DNA of 64,000 nt from the human T2T-CHM13v2.0 reference genome, Homo sapiens. The notes beneath the pieces were generated by a model. It made no database searches. It saw nothing but the letters and a program-made list of their open reading frames with translations, and had not been told where the DNA came from. Shown here in pieces: positions 1-12,040 of this stretch. Both the position numbers and the translations under genes were made by a program. The stretch is from NCBI RefSeq assembly GCF_009914755.1, contig NC_060925.1; one strand, 5' to 3'. Each line of letters starts with the position of its first letter. The stretch's first letter is position 1.

Positions 1-411
1 TTTTCTTTTCATTCAGCGGTTTGGAAAAACTCTGTTTGTAAAGACTGCACGTGGATATTTTGACCACTTAGAGGCCTTCGTTGGAAACGGGTTTTTTTTC
101 ATGTAAGGCTAGACAGAAGAATTCCCAGTAACTTCCTTGTGTTGTGTGCATTCAACTCACAGACTTGAACGTTCCCTTAGACAGAGCAGATTTGAAACAC
201 TCTATTTGTGCAATTTGCAAGTGTAGATTTCAAGCGCTTTAAGGTCAATGGCAGAAAAGGAAATATCTTCGTTTCAAAACTAGACAGAATCATTCCCACA
301 AACTGCGTTGTGATGTGTTCGTTCAACTCACAGAGTTTTACCTTTCTGTTCATAGAACAGTTAGGAAACACTCTGTAAAGTCTGTAAGTGGATATTCTGA
401 CATCTTGTGGC

Positions 412-428
412 CTTCGTTGGAAACGGGA
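412..428 (+). promoter_or_regulatory. CENP-B box (representative; one position per dimer, ~189 positions from 76-92 to 63982-63998)
   Basis: CTTCGTTGGAAACGGGA matches the 17-bp consensus YTTCGTTGGAARCGGGA, including the NTTCGNNNNANNCGGGN core. Confidence 0.97.
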
Positions 429-580
429 TTTCTTCATATTCTGCTAGACAGAAGAATTCTCAGTAACTTCCTTGTGTTGTGTGTATTCAACTCACAGAGT
501 TGAACGATCCTTTACACAGAGCAGACTTGAAACACTCTTTTTGTGGAATTTGCAAGTGGAGATTTCAGCCGCTTTGATGT

Positions 581-597
581 CAATGGTAGAAAAGGAA
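581..597 (+). promoter_or_regulatory. pJalpha-like (A-box) site of the A-type monomer (representative)
   Basis: CAATGGTAGAAAAGGAA lies ~170 bp from each CENP-B box at the homologous position. It matches the recalled pJalpha motif CTAYGGTGRAAAAGGAA at 15/17. Confidence 0.65.
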
Positions 598-793
598 ATA
601 ACTTCGTATAAAGACTAGACAGAATGATTCTCAGAAACTCTTTTGTGATGTGTGCGTTCAACTCACAGAGTTTGACCTTTCTGTTCATAGAGCCGTTAGG
701 AAACACTCTGTTTGTAAAGTCTGCAAGTGGATATTCACACCTCCTTGAGACCTTCGTTGGAAACGGGATTTCTTCATATTCTGCTAGACAGAA

Positions 794-1133
794 GAATTCT
801 CAGTAACTTCCTTGTGTTGTGTGTATTCAACTCACAGAGTTGTACGATCCTTTACACAGAGCAGACTTGAAACACTCTTTTTGTGGAATTTGCAAGTGGA
901 GATTTCAGCCGCTTTGAGGTCAATGGTAGAATAGGAAATATCTTCCTATAGAAACGAGACAGAATGATTCTCAGAAACTCCTTTGTGATGTGTGCGTTCA
1001 ACTCACAGAGTTTAACCTTTCTTTTCATAGAGCAGTTAGGAAACACTCTGTTTGTAAAGTCTGCAAGTGGATATTCAGACCTCTTTGAGGCCTTCGTTGG
1101 AAACGGGATTTCTTCATATTCTGTTAGACAGAA
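794..1133 (+). repeat. Representative 340-bp EcoRI dimer (A-type plus B-type monomer)
   Basis: GAATTC at 794 and 1134. The two halves are homologous (caactcacagagtt, gaaacactct, tgcaagtgga, agacagaa each occur twice). Confidence 0.97.
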
Positions 1134-4100
1134 GAATTCTCAGTAACTTCCTTGTGTTGTGTGTATTCAACTCACAGAGTTGAACGATCCTTTACACAGA
1201 GCAGACTTGAAACACTCTTTTTGTGGAATTTGCAAGTGGAGATTTCAGCCGCTTTGAGGTCAATAGTAGAAAAGGAAATATCTTCGTAGAAAAACTAGGC
1301 AGAATGATTCTCAGAAACTCCTTTGTGATGTGTGTGTTCAACTCACAGAGTTTAACCTTTCTTTTCATAGAGCAGTTAGTAAACACTCTGTTTATAAAGT
1401 CTGCAAGTGGATATTCAGACCCCTTTGAGGCCTTCGTTGGAAACGGGATTTCTTCATATTATGCTAGACAGAAGAATTCTCAGTAACTTCCTTGTGTTGT
1501 GTGTATTCAACTGACAGAGTTGAACTTTCATTTAGAGAGAGCAGATTTGAAACACTGTTTTTGTGGAATTTGCAAGTGGAGATTTCAAGCGCTTTGGGGC
1601 CAAAGGCAGAAAAGGAAGTATCTTCGTATAAAAACTAGACAGAATCATTCTCAGAAACTGCTGCGTGATGTGTGCGTTCAACTCTCAGAGTTTAACTTTT
1701 CTTTTCATTCAGCGGTTTGGAAACACTCTGTTTGTAAAGTCTGCACGTGGATATTTTGACCACTTAGAGGCCTTCGTTGGAAACGGGTTTTTTTTCATGT
1801 AAGGCTACACAGAAGAATTCCCAGTAACTTCCTTGTGTTGTGTGCATTCAACTCACAGAGTTGAACGTTCCCTTAGACAGAGCAGATTTGAAACACTCTA
1901 TTTGTGCAATTTGCAAGTGTAGATTTCAAGCGCTTTAAGGTCAACGGCAGAAAAGGAAATATCTTCGTTTCAAAACTAGACAGAATCATTCCCACAAACT
2001 GCGTTGTGATGTGTTCGTTCAACTCACAGAGTTTAACCTTTCTGTTCATAGAGCAGTTAGGAAACACTCTGTTTGTAAAGTCTGCAAGTGGATATTCAGA
2101 CCTCCTTGAGGCCTTCGTTGGAAACGGGATTTCTTCATATTCTGCTAGACAGAAGAATTCTCAGTAACTTCCTTGTGTTGTGTGTATTCAACTCACAGAG
2201 TTGTACGATCCTTTACACAGAGCAGACTTGAAACACTCTTTTTGTGGAATTTGCAAGTGGAGATTTCAGCCGCTTTGAGGTCAATGGTAGAAAAGGAAAT
2301 ATCTTCGTATAAAGACTAGACAGAATGATTCTCAGAAACTCCTTTGTGATGTGTGCGTTCAACTCACAGAGTTTACCCTTTCTGTTCATAGAGCAGTTAG
2401 GAAACACTCTGTTTGTAAATTCTGCAAGTGGATATTCAGACCTACTTGAGGTCTTCGGTGGAAACGAGATTTCTTCATATTCTGCTAGACAGAAGAATTC
2501 TCAGTAACTTCCTTGTGTTGTGTGTATTCAACTCACAGAGTTGAACGATCCTTTACACAGAGCAGACTTGAAACACTCTTTTTGTGGAATTTGCAAGTGG
2601 AGATTTCATCCGCTTTGAGGTCAATGGTAGAAAAGGAGACTATCTTCATATAAAGACTAGACAGAATGATTCTCAGAAAATCTTTTGTGATGTGTGCGTT
2701 CAAGTCACAGAGTTTAACTTTTCTTCTCATAGAGCAGTTAGGAAACACTCTGTTTGTAAAGTCTGCAAGTGGATATTCAGACCTCTTTGAGGCCTTCGTT
2801 GGAAACGGGATTTCTTCATATTATGCTAGACAGAATAATTCTCAGTAACTTCCTTGTGTTGTGTGTATTCAACTCACCGAGTTGAAGGATCCTTTACAGA
2901 GAGCAGGCTTGAAACACTCTTTTTGTCGAATTTGCAAGTGGAGATTACAGCCGCTTTGAGGTCAATGGTAGAAAAGGAAATATCTTCGTATAAAGACTAG
3001 ACAGAATGATTCTCATAAACTCCTTTGTGAAGTGTGCGTTCAAATCACAGAGTTTAACTTTTCTTTTCATAGAGCAGTTAGGAAACACTCTGTTTGTAAA
3101 GTCTGCAAGTGGATATTCAGACCTCTTTGAGGCCTTCGTTGGAAACGGGATTTCTTCATATTATGCTAGACAGAATAATTCTCAGTAACTTCCTTGTGTT
3201 GTGTGTATTCAACTCACAGAGTTGAACGATCCTTTACACAGAGCAGACTTGAAACACTCTTTTTGTGGAATTTGCAAGTGGAGATTTCAGCCGCTTTGAG
3301 GTCAATGGTAGAAAAGGAAATATCTTCGTAGAAAAACTAGACAGAGTCATTTTCAGAAACTCCTTTGTGATGTGTGTGTTCAACTCACAGAGTTTAACCT
3401 TTCTTTTCATAGAGCAGTTAGTAAACACTCTGTTTATAAAGTCTGCAAGTGGATATTCAGACCCCTTTGAGGCCTTCGTTGGAAACGGGATTTCTTCATA
3501 TTATGCTAGACAGAAGAATTCTCACTAACTTCCTTGTGTTGTGTGTATTCAACTGACAGAGTTGAACTTTCATTTAGAGAGAGCAGATTTGAAACACTGT
3601 TTTTGTGGAATTTGCAAGTGGAGATTTCAAGCGCTTTGGGGCCAAAGGCAGAAAAGGAAATATCTTCGTATAAAAACTAGACAGAATCATTCTCAGAAAC
3701 TGCTGCGTGATGTGTGCGATCAACTCTCAGAGTTTAACTTTTCTTTTCATTCAGCGGTTTGGAAACACTCTGTTTGTAAAGTCTGCACGTGGAAATTTTG
3801 ACCACTTAGAGACCTTCGTTGGAAAGGGGATTTTTTCATGTAAGGCTAGACAGAAGAATTCCCAGTAACTTCCTTGTGTTGTGTGCATTCAACTCACAGA
3901 GTTGAACGTTCCCTTAGACCGAGCAGATTTGAAACACTCTATTTGTGCAATTTGCAAGTGTAGTTTTCAAGCTCTTTAAGGTCAACGGCAGAAAAGGAAA
4001 TATCTTCGTTTCAAAACTAGACAGAATCATTCCCACAAACTGCGTTGTGATGTGTTCGTTCAACTCACAGAGTTTAACCTTTCTGTTCATAGAGCAGTTA

Positions 4101-7100
4101 GGAAACACTCTGTGTGTAAAGTCTGCAAGTGGATATTCAGACCTCTTTGAGGCCTTCGTTGGAAACGGGATTTCTTCATATTCTGCTAGACAGAAGAATT
4201 CTCAGTAACTTCCTTGTGTTGTGTGTATTCAACTCACAGAGTTGAACGATCCTTTACACAGAGCAGACTTGAAACACTCTTTTTGTGGAATTTGCAAGTG
4301 GAGATTTCAGCCGCTTTGAGGTCAATGGTAGAATAGGAAATATCTTCCTATAGAAACTAGACAGAATGATTCTCAGAAACTCCTTTGTGATGTGTGCGTT
4401 CAACTCACAGAGTTTAACCTTTCTTTTCATAGAGCAGTTAGGAAACACTCTGTTTGTAAAGTCTGCAAGTGGATATTCAGACCTCTTTGAGGCCTTCGTT
4501 GGAAACGGGATTTCTTCATATTCTGCTAGACAGAAGAATTCTCAGTAACTTCCTTGTGTTGTGTGTATGTAACTCACAGAGTTGAACGATCCTTTACACA
4601 GAGCAGACTTGAAACACTCTTTTTGTGGAATTTGCAATTGGAGATTTCAGCCGCTTTGAGGTCAATGGTAGAAAAGGAAACTATCTTCATATAAAGACTA
4701 GACAGAATGATTCTCAGAAAATCTTTTGTGATGTGTGCGTTCAACTCACAGAGTTTAACTTTTCTTCTCATAGAGCAGTTAGGAAACACTCTGTTTGTAA
4801 AGTCTGCAAGTGGATATTCAGACCTCTTTGAGGCCTTCGTTGGAAACGGGATTTCTTCATATTATGCTAGACAGAATAATTCTCAGTAACTTCCTTGTGT
4901 TGTGTGTATTCAACTCACAGAGTTGAAGGATCCTTTACAGAGAGCAGGCTTGAAACACTCTTTTTGTCGAATTTGCAAGTGGAGATTTCAGCCGCTTTGA
5001 GGTCAATGGTAGAATAGGAAATATCTTCCTATAGAAACTAGACAGAACGATTCTCAGAAACTCCTTTGTGATGTGTGCGTTCAACTCACAGAGTTTAACC
5101 TTTCTTTTCATAGAGCAGTTAGGAAACACTCTGTTTGTAAAGTCTGCAAGTGGATATTCAGACCTCTTTGAGGCCTTCGTTGGAAACGGGATTTCTTCAT
5201 ATTCTGCTAGACAGAAGAGTTCTCAGTAACTTCCTTGTGTTGTGTGTATTCAACTCACAGAGTTGAACGATCCTTTACACAGAGCAGACTTGAAACACTC
5301 TTTTTGTGGAATTTGCAAGTGGAGATTTCAGCCGCTTTGAGGTCAATAGTAGAAAAGGAAATATCTTCGTAGAAAAACTAGACAGAATCATTCTCAGAAA
5401 CTCCTTTGTGATGTGTGTGTTCAACTCACAGAGTTTAACCTTTCTTTTCATAGAGCAGTTAGTAAACACTCTGTTTATAAAGTCTGCAAGTGGATATTCA
5501 GACCCCTTTGAGGCCTTCGTTGGAAACGGGATTTCTTCATATTATGCTAGACAGAAGAATTCTCAGTAACTTCCTTGTGTTGTGTGTATTCAACTGACAG
5601 AGTTGAACTTTCATTTAGAGAGAGCAGATTTGAAACACTGTTTTTGTGGAAGTTGCAAGTGGAGATTTCAAGCGCTTTGGGGCCAAAGGCAGAAAAGGAA
5701 ATATCTTCGTATAAAAACTAGACAGAATCATTCTCAGAAACTGCTGCGTGATGTGTGCGTTCAACTCTCAGAGTTTAACTTTTCTTTTCATTCAGCGGTT
5801 TGGAAACACTCTGTTTGTAAAGTCTGCACGTGGAAATTTTGACCACTTAGAGGCCTTCGTTGGAAACGGGATTTTTTCATGTAAGGCTATACAGAAGAAT
5901 TCCCAGTGACTTCCTTGTGTTGTGTGCATTCAACTCACAGAGTTGAACGTTCCCTTAGACAGAGCAGATTTGAAACACTCTATTTGTGCAATTTGCAAGT
6001 GTAGTTTTCAAGCTCTTTAAGGTCAACGGCAGAAAAGGAAATATCTTCGTTTCAAAACTAGACAGAATCATTCCCACAAACTGCGTTGTGATGTGTTCGT
6101 TCAACTCACAGAGTTTAACCTTTCTGTTCATAGAGCAGTTAGGAAACACTCTGTTTGTAAAGTCTGTAAGTGGATATTCTGACATCTTGTGGCCTTCGTT
6201 GGAAACGGGATTTCTTCATATTCTGCTAGACAGAAGAATTCTCAGTAACTTCCTTGTGTTGTGTGTATTCAACTCACAGAGTTGAACGATCCTTTACACA
6301 GAGCAGACTTGAAACACTCTTTTTGTGGAATTTGCAAGTGGAGATTTCAGCCGCTTTGAGGTCAATAGTAGAAAAGGAAACTATCTTCATATAAAGACTA
6401 GACAGAATGATTCTCACAAAATCTTTTGTGATGTGTGCGTTCAACTCACAGAGTTTAACTTTTCTTCTCATAGAGCAGTTAGGAAACACTCTGTTTGTAA
6501 AGTCTGCAAGTGGATATTCGGACCTCTTTGAGGCCTTCGTTGGAAACGGGATTTCTTCATATTCTGCTAGACAGAAGAATTCTCAGTAACTTCCTTGTGT
6601 TGTGTGTATTCAACTCACAGAGTTGAACGATCCTTTACACAGAGCAGACTTGAAACACTCTTTTTGTGGAATTTGCAAGTGGAGATTTCAGCCGCTTTGA
6701 GGTCAATAGTAGAAAAGGAAATATCTTCGTAGAAAAACTAGACAGAATCATTCTCAGAAACTCCTTTGTGATGTGTGTGTTCAACTCATAGAGTTTAACC
6801 TTTCTTTTCATAGAGCAGTTAGTAAACACTCTGTTTATAAAGTCTGCAAGTGGATATTCAGACCCCTTTGAGGCCTTCGTTGGAAACGGGATTTCTTCAT
6901 ATTATGCTAGACAGAAGAATTCTCAGTAACTTCCTTGTGTTGTGTGTATTCAGCTGACAGAGTTGAACTTTCATTTAGAGAGAGCAGATTTGAAACACTG
7001 TTTTTGTGGAATTTGCAATTGGAGATTTCAAGCGCTTTGGGACCAAAGGCAGAAAAGGAAATATCTTCGTATAAAAACTAGACAGAATCATTCTCAGAAA

Positions 7101-10100
7101 CTGCTGCGTGATGTGTGCGTTCAACTCTCAGAGTTTAACTTTTCTTTTCATTCAGCGGTTTGGAAACACTCTGTTTGTAAAGTCTGCAAGTGGATATTTT
7201 GACCACTTAGAGGCCTTCGTTGGAAACGGGTTTTTTTCACGTAAGGCTAGACAGAAGAATTCCCAGTAACTTCCTTGTGTTGTGTGCATTCAACTCACAG
7301 AGTTGAACGTTCCCTTAGACAGAGCAGATTTGAAACACTCTATTTGTTCAATTTGCAAGTGTAGATATCAAGCGCTTTAAGGTCAATGGCAGAAAAGGAA
7401 ATGTCTTAGTTTCAAAACTAGACAGAATCATTCCCACAAACTGCGTTGTGATGTGTTCGTTCAACTCACAGAGTTTAACCTTTCTGTTCATAGAGCAGTT
7501 AGGAAACACTCTGTTTGTAAAGTCTGCAAGTGGATATTCAGACCTCCTTGAGGCCTTCGTTGGAAACGGGATTTCTTCATATTCTGCTAGACAGAATAAT
7601 TCTCAGTAGCTTCATTGTGTTGTGTGTATTCAACTCACAGAGTTGAACGATCCTTTACACAGAGCAGCCTTGAAACACTCTTTTTGTGGAATTTGCAAGT
7701 GGAGATTTCAGCCGCTTTGAGGTCAATGGTAGAATAGGAAATATCTTCCTATAGAAACTAGAAAGAATGATTCTCAGAAACTCCTTTGTGATGTGTGCGT
7801 TCAACTCACAGAGATTAACCTTTCTTTTCATAGAGCAGTTAGGAAACACTCTGTTTGTAAAGTCTGCAAGTGGATATTCAGACCTCTTTGAGGCCTTCTT
7901 TGGAAACGGGATTTCTTCATATTCTGCTAGACAGAAGAATTCTCAGTAACTTCCTTTTGTTGTGTGTATTCAACTCACGGAGTTGAACGATCCTTTACAC
8001 AGAGCAGAGTTGAAACACTCTTTTTGTGGAATTTGCAAGTGGAGATTTCAGCCGCTTTGAGGTCAATAGTAGAAAAGGAAATATCTTCGTAGAAAAACTA
8101 GACAGAATCATTCTCAGAAACTCCTTTGTGATGTGTGTGTTCAACTCACAGAGTTTAACCTTTCTTTTCATAGAGCAGTTAGTAAACACTCTGTTTATAA
8201 AGTCTGCAAGTGGATATTCAGACCCCTTTGAGGCCTTCGTTGGAAACGGGATTTCTTCATATTATGCTAGACAGAGGAATTCTCACTAACTTCCTTGTGT
8301 TGTGTGTATTCAACTGACAGAGTTGAACTTTCATTTAGAGAGAGCAGATTTGAAACACTGTTTTTGTGGAATTTGCAAGTGGAGATTTCAAGCGCTTTGG
8401 GGCCAAAGGCAGAAAAGGAAATATCTTCGTATAAAAACTAGACAGAATCATTCTCAGAAACTGCTGCGTGATGTGTGCGATCAACTCTCAGAGTTTAATT
8501 TTCTTTTCATTCAGCGGTTTGGAAACACTCTGTTTGTAAAGTCTGCACGTGGAAATTTTGACCACTTAGAGACCTTCGTTGGAAACGGGATTTTTTCATG
8601 TAAGGCTAGACAGAAGAATTCCCAGTAACTTCCTTGTGTTGTGTGCATTCAACTCACAGAGTTGAACGTTCCCTTAGACCGAGCAGATTTGAAACACTCT
8701 ATTTGTGCAATTTGCAAGTGTAGTTTTCAAGCTCTTTAAGGTCAACGGCAGAAAAGGAAATATCTTCGTTTCAAAACTAGACAGAATCATTCCCACAAAC
8801 TGCGTTGTGATGTGTTCGTTCAACTCACAGAGTTTAACCTTTCTGTTCATAGAGCAGTTAGGAAACACTCTGTGTGTAAAGTCTGCAAGTGGATATTCAG
8901 ACCTCTTTGAGGCCTTCGTTGGAAACGGGATTTCTTCATATTCTGCTAGACAGAAGAATTCTCAGTAACTTCCTTGTGTTGTGTGTATTCAACTCACAGA
9001 GTTGAACGATCCTTTACACAGAGCAGACTTGAAACACTCTTTTGTGGAATTTGCAAGTGGAGATTTCAGCCGCTTTGAGGTCAATGGTAGAATAGGAAAT
9101 ATCTTCCTATAGAAACTAGACAGAATGATTCTCAGAAACTCCTTTGTGATGTGTGCGTTCAACTCACAGAGTTTAACCTTTCTTTTCATAGAGCAGTTAG
9201 GAAACACTCTGTTTGTAAAGTCTGCAAGTGGATATTCAGACCTCTTTGAGGCCTTCGTTGGAAACGGGATTTCTTCATATTCTGCTAGACAGAAGAATTC
9301 TCAGTAACTTCCTTGTGTTGTGTGTATGCAACTCACAGAGTTGAACGATCCTTTACACAGAGCAGACTTGAAACACTCTTTTTGTGGAATTTGCAATTGG
9401 AGATTTCAGCCGCTTTGAGGTCAATGGTAGAAAAGGAAACTATCTTCATATAAAGACTAGACAGAATGATTCTCAGAAAATCTTTTGTGATGTGTGCGTT
9501 CAACTCACAGAGTTTAACTTTTCTTCTCATAGAGCAGTTAGGAAACACTCTGTTTGTAAAGTCTGCAAGTGGATATTCAGACCTCTTTGAGGCCTTCGTT
9601 GGAAACGGGATTTTTTCATATTATGCTAGACAGAATAATTCTCAGTAACTTCCTTGTGTTGTGTGTATTCAACTCACAGAGTTGAAGGATCCTTTACAGA
9701 GAGCAGGCTTGAAACACTCTTTTTGTCGAATTTGCAAGTGGAGATTTCAGCCGCTTTGAGGTCAATGGTAGAATAAGAAATATCTTCTTATAGAAACTAG
9801 ACAGAATGATTCTCATAAACTCCTTTGTGATGTGTGCGTTCAACTCACAGAGTTTAACCTTTCTTTTCATAGAGCAGTTAGGAAACACTCTGTTTGTAAA
9901 GTCTGCAAGTGGATATTCAGACCTCTTTGAGACCTTCGTTGGAAACGGGATTTCTTCATATTCTGCTAGACAGAAGAATTCTCAGTAACTTCCTTGTGTT
10001 GTGTGTATTCAACTCACAGAGTTGAATGATCCTTTACACAGAGCAGACTTGAAACACTCTTTTTGTGGAATTTGCAAGTGGAGATTTCAGCCGCTTTGAG

Positions 10101-12040
10101 GTCAATAGTAGAAAAGGAAATATCTTCGTAGAAAAACTAGACAGAATGATTCTCAGAAACTCCTTTGTGATGTGTGTGTTCAACTCACAGAGTTTAACCT
10201 TTCTTTTCATAGAGCAGTTAGTAAACACTCTGTTTATAAAGTCTGCAAGTGGATATTCAGACCCCTTTGAGGCCTTCGTTGGAAACGGGATTTCTTCATA
10301 TTATGCTAGACAGAAGAATTCTCAGTAACTTCCTTGTGTTGTGTGTATTCAACTGACAGAGTTGAACTTTCATTTAGAGAGAGCAGATTTGAAACACTGT
10401 TTTTGTGGAATTTGCAAGTGGAGATTTCAAGCGCTTTGGGGCCAAAGGCAGAAAAGGAAATATCTTCGTATAAAAACTAGACAGAATCATTCTCAGAAAC
10501 TGCTGCGTGATGTGTGCGTTCAACTCTCAGAGTTTAACTTTTCTTTTCATTCAGCGGTTTGGAAACACTCTGTTTGTAAAGTCTGCACGTGGAAATTTTG
10601 ACCACTTAGAGGCCTTCGTTGGAAACGGGTTTTTTTCATGTAAGGCTAGACAGAAGAATTCCCAGTAACTTCCTTGTGTTGTGTGCATTCAACTCACAGA
10701 GTTGAACGTTCCCTTAGACAGAGCAGATTTGAAACACTCTATTTGTGCAATTTGCAAGTGTAGATTTCAAGCGCTTTAAGGTCAATGGCAGAAAAGGAAA
10801 TATCTTCGTTTCAAAACTAGACAGAATCATTCCCACAAACTGCGTTGTGATGTGTTCGTTCAACTCACAGAGTTTAACCTTTCTGTTCATAGAGCAGTTA
10901 GGAAACACTCTGTTTGTAAAGTCTGTAAGTGGATATTCAGACCCCTTTGAGGCCTTCGTTGGAAACGGGATTTCTTCATATTCTGCTAGACAGAATAATT
11001 CTCAGTAACTTCCTTGTGTTGTGTGTATTCAACTCACAGAGTTGAAAGATCCTTTACAGAGAGCAGGCTTGAAACACTCTTTTTATCGAATTTGCAAGTG
11101 GAGATTTCAGCCGCTTTGAGGTCAATGGTAGAATAGGAAATATCTTCTTATAGAAACTAGACAGAATGATTCTCATAAACTCCTTTGTGATGTGTGCGTT
11201 CAACTCACAGAGTTTAACCTTTCTTTTCATAGAGCAGTTAGGAAACACTCTGTTTGTAAAGTCTGCAAGTGGATATTCAGACCTCCTTGAGGCCTTCGTT
11301 GGAAACGGGATTTCTTCATATTCTGCTAGACAGAAGAATTCTCAGTAACTTCCTTGTGTTGTGTTTATTCAACTCACAGAGTTGAATGATCCTTTACACA
11401 GAGCAGACTTGAAACACTCTTTTTGTGGAATTTGCAAGTGGAGATTTCAGCCGCTTTGAGGTCAATGGTAGAAAAGTAAATATCTTCGTATAAAGACTAG
11501 GCAGAATGATTCTCAGAAACTCCTTTGTGATGTGTGCGTTCAACTCACAGAGTTTAACCTTTCTGTTCATAGAGCAGTTAGGAAACACTCTGTTTGTAAA
11601 GTCTGCAAGTGGATATTCAGACCTCCTTGAGGCCTTCGTTGGAAACGGGATTTCTTCATATTCTGCTAGACAGAAGAATTCTCAGTAACTTCCTTGTGTT
11701 GTGTGTATTCAACTCACAGAGTTGAACGATCCTTTACACAGAGCAGACTTGAAACACTCTTTTTGTGGAATTTGCAAGTGGAGATTTCAGCCGCTTTCAG
11801 GTCAATAGTAGAAAAGGAAATATCTTCGTAGAAAAACTAGACAGAATGATTCTCAGAAACTCCTTTGTGATGTGTGTGTTCAACTCACAGAGTTTAACCT
11901 TTCTTTTCATAGAGCAGTTAGTAAACACTCTGTTTATAAAGTCTGCAAGTGGATATTCAGACCCCTTTGAGGCCTTCGTTGGAAACGGGATTTCTTCATA
12001 TTATGCTAGACAGAAGAATTCTCAGTAACTTCCTTGTGTT

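Noticed and set aside
48-53. CACGTG E-box in X dimers
   Set aside because: A single-base variant of caagtg; a 6-mer match with no supporting context.
92-99. T7/T8 run after the X-dimer CENP-B box as a terminator-like signal
   Set aside because: No transcription unit or GC hairpin is evident. It is ordinary homopolymer length variation.
1499-1759. Cys/His-rich peptide (HCFCGIC...HSVCKVC) resembling a zinc finger
   Set aside because: It results from tgt/tgc-rich satellite sequence and is simply the X dimer translated.
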